From contig CM102285.1 of assembly GCA_046563655.1 (NCBI GenBank), positions 11,780,001-11,844,000 on the forward strand: 64,000 bases of DNA. The letters run 5' to 3'. Both the position numbers and the translations under genes were made by a program. Of this stretch, positions 40,701-51,300 are shown in pieces; within the stretch, counting starts at the first letter, position 1, and each line of letters opens with the position of its first letter. The notes beneath the pieces are model-generated. The model was given only the letters and a program-made list of their open reading frames with translations, was not told the origin of the DNA and ran no database searches. Source of the stretch: Yuukianura sp. NJ FZ-2021 (taxonomy: Eukaryota).

Positions 40701-43700
40701 TGGCTCATGACATTTATGAGAGTGTAGGACCAATATTTTTTGATAACCGGACTAACTTTAATTACGGTCGTTCTAACCTGGACCATAATCATAAATTAGT
40801 TTCAGGAAGTCCTCTGGGCTCACATTGTGCCAGAAAAAGAAGTTGAACAGAAGTAAGTTCTTGGAGAAAGTACTTCTGCAAGTAATCCTTGGATCTCTTA
40901 CTTTACTAATTTCATAAGGACCACGAAACCCAAAGTCCTACACTGTGGAAGACCTTAAAGAAGAAATTCTGGAGTAATAATTGGGTTAGTTAGGGTTAGT
41001 CCGTACATGGACTTCTAATTAGCAGGAAACTGGCAACTTTAGTAAAAGTTAGCCAAGAAAGAAACCATTTTTCCTCACATGAGCTGCTGGCGAAAGAAAG
41101 GAGGGAGTAACTACACAAAAAAGTGAAGAAAGGACAGGAAAAGGTTTTCTTTTGAAGGAGAAACTCAGCAGGGCTTGACTAATGTTACTTTGATGATTAA
41201 GGAGATTTCAAATTGTGTTAAGTTGTCAATTAAAGTTGTTCCAAAGCTTACGCTTTAGAAAAATGACACGGATAATTTGACACGGTGTGAAAACCGATGA
41301 ACCTTACAACACGATTCCTTATTATTACGTTTCGTGTCATTTCATGCCTTCTTTTTTGTCTGTTCCGTTCAAGGTTCAGTGGCATTTCAACGTGTTCCGG
41401 ATACTCTGGGACGTCAATTACCTGAAATACCGGATGGATTTGATCCCGCCATGTTACGAAATCGCCGAAATTCGGCTTGGAACCCAAGGGAAACCGGATT
41501 TGATCGGAGACAACAATTTGAGCGAACAGATTCCCTTCGCACAATCAATCCAGTCAACCCACCACGTCGTAAGTTGCTGTTTTGACCTTGACCTCAAACC
41601 CCTCTCCATTAGAGTACATTGACTACTGTAGGTAGTGCAGTAGTCATTTTTTATTTAGGCTTTAACACAATTACATCTAAAAGTCTGAGTTCTAAATTGT
41701 GAACTAACGGTCTCTTCACTTTTACTTTATTTTTTCCAGGCGTTTCGGCAGACTTTAGAGACTTCCGAGGGGATCCTAGAAACCAGCAGAGGAAGAGGTA
41801 AGAGGCCTTTTAGTTTATAAATTATCAATGGAATTCTCTAGCAGAAGTGGCTGTGACAATGCACTTTTCCTGTACAATATAACAGCATGTGAAAGTTACA
41901 GTTCCCTATAGCAAAACTTCCAGTCCACACCGGTTCTTTTATGTTGTGTTAGTACTACTAAAAAGTGTGTGAAATAGGGCAGGAAACAAAATGGTCCAAG
42001 GAGAAAGAACAATGCTTAAGTCTGTACAGCCTTCTAAAAAGAAGAATGTCGGTTTCATGCATTTATTGATTCGCTTCATCAACTCGTAATTCCAACTTTC
42101 TTTTTGAAATCTCTCAAAATCAAACATTTCCTTCCTCATTCGGATAGCGAGAACTTAATGAAATGTTGTTTCGTAGCTAACTAAAAGAAAAACATTTTTT
42201 GAGTGGCAGGAAGCTTAGTTTTTTTTAGTCAAAATGTCCGAGTCAAAAATTTGTAACAAACGCAACTTCGTATCTTACTTTTGCTTGATATGTTTTAAAC
42301 AACTTGTGAAATTTTACTTTTGAACGTTTTGGTTTTCCAAAACAAGTGTTTTTGTAATTCGTATTGTTTTGAAAAACAACCTAACCTCGTTTTAGTTTTG
42401 TTGTAACTGGAACGTGACGTATTTCTCCACTGTTCAAACTGCGTCGGTCGATGTTCAAATAGTAATCAGAGTTCGTGTACTTGTACTTGTAATAAATGCA
42501 TTAGTTTTCTCCGCCACGCTTGCTTTTAGTCTGGTGAAAGTTTGGCATTGGCGTGCTGTTATGTGTTTCTGCATACGATGACAAATTGAACTTGTGTATT
42601 CATCTACTCATGCATTATGTAACTACAGCAATGTTTCAAAGGACTTTCTCCTTGCTTGGCTCCCTAAGTGAAAGCAAGCAAAATCCACTCTCGTGAATCT
42701 TTGTAAAAAACTGAACCTTTCGGCTTTGCTCAGCGAGTTTAGTGTTAAAGGAATTTGGAACAAAACTAGGGGTCGGAATCCGGATTTTGGCTCCGGATTC
42801 AAATCCGGATTTTTGACGGATTCGGATTATTCAAAATCCGGATTTTTAAATACTGAAATCCGGATTTCTACGGATTTCAAGAGCTATTCGAGGGCATGTG
42901 CGGTATCAAAAAAAAATAGCCAACCTCAGATTTACTCAATTTCAGGGTTCGTAAAATACCGTATTTTGTATTGTTGTGCCAATGTTGTGCTAATGTTGTG
43001 CTAATTTTGTGCTAATGTTGTGCCAATGTTGTGCTAATGTTGTACCAATGTTGTGCCAATGTTGTGCCAATGTTGTAATGTTGTGCTAATGTTGTGCCAA
43101 TGTTGTGCCAATGTTGTGCTAATGTTGTGCTAATGTTGTGCCAATGTTGTGCCAATGTTGTAATGTTGTGCTAATGTTGTGCTAATGTTGTACCAATGTT
43201 GTGCTAATGTTGTGCTAATGTTGTGCTAATGTTGTGCCAATGCTGTGCTAATGTTGTGCTAATGTTGTGCCAATGTTGTGCCAATGTTGTAATGTTGTGC
43301 TAATGTTGTGCTAATGTTGTGCCAATGTTGTGCTAATGTTGTGCTAATGTTGTGCTAATGTTGTGCCAATGTTGTGCTAATGTTGTGCTAATGTTGTGCT
43401 AATGTTGTGCTAATGTTGTGCCAATGTTGTGCTAATGTTGTGCCAATGTTGTGCCAATGTTGTAATGTTGTGCTAATGTTGTGCCAATGTTGTGCTAATG
43501 TTGTGGCAATGTTGTACCAATGTTGTAATGTTGTGCCAATGTTGTGCTAATGTTGTGCTAATGTTGTGCCAATGTTGTAATGTTGTGGTAATGTTGTGCT
43601 AATGTTGTGCCAATGTTGTGCTAATGTTGTGCCAATGTTGTAATGTTGTGCCAATGTTGTGCTAATGTAGTGCTAATGTTGTGCCAATGTTGTAATGTTG

Positions 43701-45303
43701 TGCCAATGTTGTGCTAATGTTGTGCCAATGTTGTGCTAATGTTGTGCCAATGTTGTGCTAATGTTGTGCCAATGTTGTGCTAATGTTGTGCCAATGTTTC
43801 ATTTTTTTTCAACACTAGTAATTTGATTCAAAAAATAAACACGCCGAATTTATCATCAAGGTTTTAGCTACGAGTGTTTCCAACCTGCAATTCCGACAGC
43901 TTAAATCAATTTTGAATTTCTTGTGGGAGTTAACACAGAAATTGAAATCCGGATTTAAATCCGGATTTCAGGATTGAAATCCGTCAAAATCCGAAATCCG
44001 GATTTTAAGAAACCCGTTCCGGATTCCGACCCCTAAACAAAACATACACAACTAAATATTTTTTGCCAAATTGGTAACTTGAAGTGTTGCATGTATTTAT
44101 TTTGAGTAGATGAAACGGATGGTATAAAACGATATTTTCTATTTCAGATTGAAGATTTTTGAAAATGGATTTTGAAATGTTACAAGTTTATGGTTGAGTT
44201 AGTTTTGTGCTTTCACTTTTGCAACTTCTTTTTTACATTTTCTACACATAGGATTCATTTGTGACCTTTGACCACAGTTTGTGTGTATCGGAACTGTGTA
44301 ACTAAAAAATTTTTTTGGAGAGGCAGACCGTATGGTCTTTTCCACAAAACCAAATGGAAGTTGGTGGTCTGCTAATTGAATTTGGAGAAAATAGAAGGGT
44401 TTTATGTGGTCACGGAATTTCCCTTTCTCCATATCCCTCTCTTCCATTTTATGAATCGATTCCCGGACTCGAACGGACAGTCACTAACGGCCCGATATAC
44501 TAACGGACGGTCACTAACGGACGGTCACTAACGGACGTTCACTAACGGACGGTCCCCAACGGACGTTCATTAACGGACGGTACCCAACGGACGGGCACTA
44601 ACGGACGGTCACGAACGGACGGGCACCAACGGACGGTCACCAATGGACACATACTCTAATGGACACTTACTCTAGTGGACACGGTCACTAATGGACGTTG
44701 ACACACGTTGCTTCAGTCGCTGAAAATTAACTGATTTTTGAACCTAGCGGCAATAGCCTAAGTTAATTAACCTAACCTACAACCTAATCACAACTGCCAA
44801 TTTTTATAACCTAACACCGCGCCTTCGGCGCGGGAAAATTAAAGCAGATTTACTGAATTAATTAGTAAATAATGTTGCCAAGTTGAATTCAGAGCCGACT
44901 TTATTGTCGCTGCGTTTCAAAAACTTGTAAATTTTGACTGACTGAAACAAGGTGTCTATGTCCATTAGTGACCGTCCGTTAGAGTAAGTGTCCATTAGAG
45001 TATGTGTCCATTGGTGACTGTCCATTAGTGCCCGTCCGTTGGGGACCGTCCGTTAGTGAACGTCCGTTAGTGACCGTCCGTTGGTGACCGTCCGTTAGTA
45101 TATCGGGCCGTTAGTGACCGTCCGTTAATGCCTGGTTACGTTATGAATCGAGTGAATTTCAAATGAATCTACTTTCAGCACTTTTTACTAACGCCGAAAT
45201 CTCTTTAAATTTGTTCTGTCGTTGAATTTTCAGTGGTGACCCAGATGAGAGCTGGAGACAGCAACCTCCGTCAGCAGGGCAACAATGGTCAACGAGAGAC
45301 TAA
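20664..45303 (+). CDS. Fife: Fife-like (RIM/Piccolo family) presynaptic active-zone scaffold, about 1040 aa: Zn finger, PDZ, C2A
   Basis: Phase-consistent GT-AG exons: 20664-20935, 23890-24028, 33878-34809, 36410-36684, 36767-37007, 38239-38351, 38651-38721, 39338-39474, 39577-39896, 40356-40655, 41374-41568, 41740-41797, 45234-45303 (3123 nt). Eight-Cys Zn finger CRVC..CTEC..CDDC..WRCSVC, PDZ TRGFGIRVVGG..GDVVLSWNG, C2 GRIQLRLF..FLGECHVDM..LDDRPVWF. Motifs MGRLRQTL, RRHSDV and DGEAIKIVIDDVD resemble insect Fife as I recall it. First and last exons are less certain. Confidence 0.85.
31697..31732. repeat. Poly(T) tract, 36 nt
   Basis: Uninterrupted T run in the 9.8-kb intron of the Fife-like gene. 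Confidence 0.95.
35562..35623. mobile_element. 62-bp palindrome centred on TTAA; probable back-to-back piggyBac-type TIRs
   Basis: CATGCCTTAACGGTTCCGTGGTCAAAGGG-TTAA-CACTTTGACCACGGAACCGTTAAGACATG, with two mismatched pairs. AGGG|TTAA|CAC resembles piggyBac termini plus their TTAA target. Confidence 0.6.
36640..37007 (+). other. PDZ domain of the Fife-like gene, split by an 82-nt intron
   Basis: KVVRLRRDPQDRGYQ|TRGFGIRVVGG...ARVTPGSGADFAGVRRGDVVLSWNGIRLTNLTFEDTCKVMDASGDSVELTI. Intron 36685-36766. The second exon's frame is absent from the ORF track. Confidence 0.9.
42767..44035. mobile_element. Non-autonomous hAT-type DNA transposon, 1269 bp
   Basis: 18-bp perfect TIR TAGGGGTCGGAATCCGGA / TCCGGATTCCGACCCCTA. 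8-bp TSD AACAAAAC at 42759-42766 and 44036-44043. Clustered subterminal ATCCGGAT motifs at both ends. No transposase ORF. Confidence 0.92.
42972..43798. repeat. 11-bp minisatellite TGTTGTGC(C/T)AA inside the hAT element
   Basis: Roughly 75 units, mainly TGTTGTGCCAA and TGTTGTGCTAA, with periodic 8-bp TGTTGTAA variants. Confidence 0.97.
44458..45140. mobile_element. Foldback/Mutator-like non-autonomous element, about 683 bp
   Basis: Long inverted arms (about 44472-44727 and 44930-45127) built from tandem GGTCACTAACGGAC-type repeats. Flanking direct repeat TTATGAATC at 44449-44457 and 45141-45149. The extreme termini are imperfect, so the left end is uncertain by 1-2 nt. Confidence 0.85.
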
Positions 45304-48300
45304 TCCCCGAATAACCAGATCTCTCTTCCCATCTCAGCTTCACAAGATTCAAATCACAAGAGCTGATTCAAATGACTCACCCGGATTTCCATCATGGACT
45401 CTCATTTCAATTTTCCACTGAAAGTAACACGCATAAGCTCCTTTTGCGGTAACGGATTTATACAATCCTATCCAAAGGACATCACGACTCGATATGCGCC
45501 AGATCCAGATATTCAAAATTCTGAAATTCCAATCGAGTTGGATCCAATTTCTGGAGGAAACGCTACAGATCCTACTCAATCCAAGGTAAGCGACGCAGGT
45601 TCAGTACGATCGTAATTTTACAACGGAAATTCGCACAAGTCAAAATTTAATTGGTAATCGCCGTAAATAATTTAGTCGTTTTCGTGTTTCTATCCAGACC
45701 TCGTGCGTAAAATCGTTAAGAAGTTAACGGTAATTATAAATTACGTAACCAGGAATTATCATACCTAAAAAGCGCCAATTTTCCAAAATAATTCGAACCA
45801 ATTCCAAAAACTAGGAGAGTTCAAAAATCTAATTCAAATCAAATTCACAGCGCAGCAAAATTATATTTTGCTTATAGTAGTAAGTCTTGACAATGTTGGT
45901 TTGTTGCACAACAAAATCAAAACTGATGAATTCGCGTTAACTTACATCGAGACTTTCACCTTAAGGATGTTATTGCAGGTTTAGATTTGCGCGCTACAAA
46001 AACAAAGTCTCCAGTATCTGTGTTTGAACTATTAAACAAAATTGAAAGTAATTTGAAGAATTACTTGTGGTGAACGAAATTAGTTTTGAAAAAATCCCGG
46101 GACACAATTTTTCAGTTTAGTTTACGGGTTTTCAAATTTTTTTTTAAAAACTTAGTTTCCGCTTACCACTCGCTACTACCTCGCGGTTTTCCAAGTTTAG
46201 AAAGTCGGATTTTCCCAAAGACGAAAAAAAGCGTTGCGAGATGCCTTTTCCCATCATCTTCACGGCTTGAGCCAGAAGAAACTTAGGAAGAGTGAAGGCA
46301 CATTTCCGCTTTTCTCTTGATGCCCATTTCCCTTGGCCCCAAAATGAAGACGAATGGGGGAAAGGTAGAGGAGCAAAGAAGATTTTGTCTCTGTTCAGGA
46401 AAGCAAAAGTGTTTCATCCAACTAACGGCCAGGGAAGTCTACTATGTACTTTCTCCTGTGGCACACGGTTTTCAGAAGGTGGAAGTGCCACGAAAACCGT
46501 TGTGGCGTGATACACTTCTCCTCTGAAACGGAAGACGTAACTGTGTGACGTATCCAGGATCAAAGTCTACTTTCTTCAATTCCATTTTCCAAATTTGTGG
46601 AAAAAAGAAAGTGAAAGAGGGGCGAAGCGTAGTAATGCTTTTTCCCGCTCTTGCTTTCTCTGCTGCACTTCGTAACCCGGAGAAAGCCCTCTGAAAGTTA
46701 CTTTCAGTTGAGTTTTCCTTTTAAAAAATCTGCTCAGAGTTCCTATTTCTTTTTCTCTGACAAAACAAACTTTCAGAAAATCGGAAGTAATCTTGAGTAG
46801 TGGATCTGCGGATCAAAAAATGTTCCAAAAAGCCCAAAAAGGAAAAAAAAAACTCAACAAGTTTTTTCTTTAAACCTAAACCAATTTTTAAACAACTTTT
46901 GGTTGTTGTAAATTGTAAAATAAGTTTTTGGAGGAAAGTTTTGACTATTGGCTTTATAAATACTTGGAACAGATTAATTCCTTTCCAGAATTATCCTGGG
47001 TCCAATTAGCTCACTGTTGGAGAACGTTCCTGCTAAAATCTTCTTTTGGATTTTGTAATCAATCACACGATTAACTTGGGAAACTCAGTAAAGCCTCGGC
47101 AGTAGTAGCAGTAGAGGTTTTAGTTACAAAGTTTTGCAACCCTCTGGGAATTGGATTGGAGAAGAGAAATGAAGGGACTCTTGGTGCTGAAAAACTCCCG
47201 GATTTTTTTTAGAAGGGAGAAAAACGAGAAAAAAAGATTGAGTCCCAGAAGTACTAGCACACCAGTTCTTATTGCCTCCGTTTTCTGAAAAGTGGTTCAG
47301 AAGTGTCTATGTGGTTGGTTCTTCAAAAAGAAAACGAAAAGAAAGTTTACCATTTAAGTCTCGAGTTGGTTAAAGTTGGTGCTAAAATGTAATCAAGAAA
47401 GAAGTAAAAAGAAGTAAGAAGGAAAAGGCGGAAGCCGAATTCGCATCCTTCCGTTTAACTTAACTTTCTCTTAGCTCATCACTACTTTTTCCTGGCAGCT
47501 CTTTTTTCTAGCCTTCTATGTTCTGACGCACTCTAATCAACCAAAAGTTCATTTAAGCTTATTTTCCCCAGTGAAAGGGCCAAGAGTGAACCCTCTTAAC
47601 CTGTTCTATACGTCAGGATTTGAAGTCATTAAAACAGAGAGTCGCTACTTTTTTTTCTTTTAAATGCGGACTTCCCTTTTCTTAAACTTTTTGTTCTTAA
47701 AACAATCTGCGCAGATTCTCGCGCATTTTAAAAAAAGGAGGAAAAATCCAGTGGAATTGCTGGTGAAACCACTTACCCTCGCTTTCTGTTTCTTGGACAA
47801 TTTTTAGCTTGAAGGAAATTCAATGACCTTGCGGGAATTTTTGCATAAAAGAGTAACATTTCTTGGATTTTTTTTGAAATGGAAAGTGTCCTAAGGCTTT
47901 TTTTTAACAAACAGAGAAGAGAAAGTCAACCAAGGAATTTGTAAGATATGGAACTACTGAAGTATAAATCTAATTTCCGGTTTTCAACATTTTTTGAAAA
48001 CTCTGTTTTCAAATACACAAAAGTAGAAGAGGAGCTTATAGTACCTAAGAAGCTTAAGAAGAATTCTATCACATTACGATATGAAATAGTAATATTAGTT
48101 TAGTTGATACAAGATAACACGAGAGTAGATACAAAAAGTTATTGACCTGCTTTCTCCTCATTTTCAAATGAAATTTGGGAATGGGCACCGTGGGAATTTG
48201 AAGTTGTAAAAAGGAAGTTTGCGTAAAATTTTAGTTTTGAAAATGAGGAAAAGTTTTACGACGATCTCTTGTGGGTTGTAACTGTACTTCCCCTTCAAAA

Positions 48301-51300
48301 TTTCCTTCAATTTTTAATTTTGAATTCAATTTTTCAAATTTGAGAATACAGAATTCGGAACACATTCACTTCGTTTTTTTTTAAGCCGAGTGCTTGACGT
48401 TAGTTCTCTCTTTGTAAAAAGTGAAAGTGAAATGGGATGATGGGAAGATCAATTTGGAGATGTAAGGTAAAGTGGTCTGTTTGCACTAGGCTTCTCTAAT
48501 CCAAAATTCAAAAGTCAACATCATCTTCTTTCCTGTGGAAAAGAAAGTCATCTGTGGGTCTCATTAAGCCTTCTAAAGAACCAAAATCTTCAAGTATCCT
48601 GAGAGTGAAAGAAAGCTTCTTTTGAACAAATCTAGAAAACCATCTTAAAGCAAACATTTCATTTTCATTTCAAACCGTCAATAGAAATTTTTCGTCCAAT
48701 CGTACTACTACTAATGGGTTTCAATTTTAATTTTGACTTTCGCCAACCAATGAACGCTTGAACAGGTTTCACTTTAGGGTCTTATTAATTAAACCTGTGT
48801 GAACTCAAGAAGAAACGTTCAAACACTAACGGTTCAATTCGACTTTCCGGTTTTCAAATTAGTTGGTTCAGAAAGTTGCCATTCGTTGTCTAAAGTTTAA
48901 AAAATTTTGAACTTGGATTGGAAATGAGTTTTCACGTCGAATTTCACGCTTTGTGATGCTGTTTTTGTACTCTAGTACTTCGGACTTATCCATGACATTT
49001 GTTAGTTTCATTTATTATTGGTTTCATTAATTATTGGTTTTGCGTCTTTAATTTTTTTTTAGATTAAATTAGCGCTAATTTTAACATTCTAAAAAGTGTA
49101 AAATAATTTAAAGATCCGGAAATTGAATGAAATTTTAAAAGGAGCATGTTGGTGTAGGGAAATTCAGTTTGAGAGAAACTTCGAGACAGCTTAGTTATTC
49201 CTTTGCTAACTGATTGAGCTGTTAAATGTTTACAAAAATGAGTGAATTGAATGCTAAGGTTAGTATAAACTTAAGAGAGCTACTAATTTTACTATTTCCG
49301 GCTAAACACTACTAAAAGTTGGATACGTTTATCTTAAAATGGAGAGTATTTGTGAATAAACTTAATTGGAATGAAGTACAGAACATAAACGTTGTGGAGT
49401 AAGCTAAACTAAATAGCGCTTGGTTTGTATGAGGACAGAGTGAGGAGCAACGCAAATATTTGACGACAATTAATGCTGTCTTATCCAATTGTAACTGCAT
49501 TGTCAGGTCCCTAGAAACTTTCCCTTCAAACACTTTCACTCATTTAGTTCCAAACGAACTTTGTCCCAACTTCCATCCTTTGAACTTTTGCCATTTGCGG
49601 TTAAGAGGCTTTCTCTGTCTAGTTAGAGCTTGTTGCTGGTAAGTTAGGTTGTAGTTGTGAGTTTACGTTCTATTAGTTGTAGGAGTTGGTTTGGGTTTTA
49701 GTTTTTGGTGTAGAGTTGTACACAGAAGGAGAGTAGTGGTGATGGTGAATCTGTTTTGAAATGCTGTAGGAAGTGGTTTTAAAATTTGAGGGTCCTGATT
49801 ACAAGTGGGTCAGGGAGAAAGTTTTGTGGGTCTTTTCCATTGAAATCCTTGGCGTTTTGAAGCACTAACTTGAGTTGGAATCCTCTAAAATGAGGCTAAA
49901 AGACTAAAGAGCAGGATGTCTATAGTTGGACTTTTGTAATTAGAACTCCGTCCTTTAATTGAAGTCAAATTCAACTTTCTCCAGCTGTTACCCTCAATGC
50001 AGCTTCCTGGTTCTATTAAGGGAGTGACTCACTCGTTCCCTATTAATTCTTGAGAACCTACTAAAGTACAGGTATAAGGTCGACAATTTGGGATTTTCAG
50101 AATTCTGGAATTTAGAGATGACAAAATAATGAGAACAATTTTTTCGTGGAAGAAAAAATTTCCACGACGATGAGATGAAAGTACTACTATAAAGTTACTG
50201 TGTGAGCGATTCTTTTATTCATGATCCCAATGGACTTTCTAGACTTCAATTGAAATTATTTAACCATTGCAAAGTATGAAAGTCGGAGCAATTCTAATGG
50301 AATTAGAGAACTGACTTTCACTTTTTTTTCGAAATGAAAGTAGGTGTTAATTTTCCAATTTGCTCTTCCTAGAACCTCGTGCTAATTTTGCAAATTGATG
50401 CAAAATCGAGCAATTCCTTTTACTTTGTAACTAAGAAAGTGCAAAAATTCACGTAATTAACGAAACCTTGAATTCTGAAATTATTAATGAGGTGTCTATA
50501 TTTTTAATGGTCGATTTTTCTTTTAAGTTTTGTTTTTATATTTGAAAAAAATATATACCGTTTCGGGTTATCACTCCGCAGTTCATTTTATCGCCGCTAT
50601 ATTAGTTCACAATCACATACTAAATAGTGAAGAGAAAGTTGGGAGAAAGTTTTAGGAATAACATTGTATAATAATTTTCACTTCGTGAAGGTTAAAGATA
50701 AACAAAAGCGGAAAGTACTTTGATTGTTCCTTTACTTTCATTATTTACATTTACGCAAAATGACAGGTTTGGGAATGGAGTGTAACAAGGCATACTAAAG
50801 GTTTTTTTCAATGCCCTCAAATAGCTGACTTTCCAGATGTACATTTATGATTGCACATTTGCGAACCTTTCCCTTCTTCAAAATCACTTTCACTTTTGTG
50901 TTTCCTTTACCATATCAGTTGTTTGGTCTAATCTATTTGTTAAGGGCTGCATCTCACCAATGTCGCTTGTCACTGCATTTCGACTTAAAAAATGAAAATT
51001 CTCATGTTTTTGAAAAAAATAATTTTGATGTTTAATTTGAACGCCACGCAAAAAGAAGAAATTAGTTTCTGTAGGAGAAAAAAATAATTTTGAGTTTTTT
51101 CAGTGAGTTTTTGAAAATTTGACATGCTTTTTTCAGTTCTTGAAATTTTGATTTTCCATTCCTTGCCTCTGGCGAATTGAATTTCTTTTTTGAAAAGCGG
51201 AGTTTATGAAATGGAAACGATAGGGCAGAAATTAGTCTTCAAAGTTTATAAAATATGGTTCTCGTTTTAAAGGTTTTAGTCAGTGAGCCATGTGATGAAG

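Noticed and set aside
45301..45393. Stop-codon readthrough from the Fife TAA into the in-frame ORF at 45394
   Set aside because: Two further TGA stops lie in that frame before the ATG.
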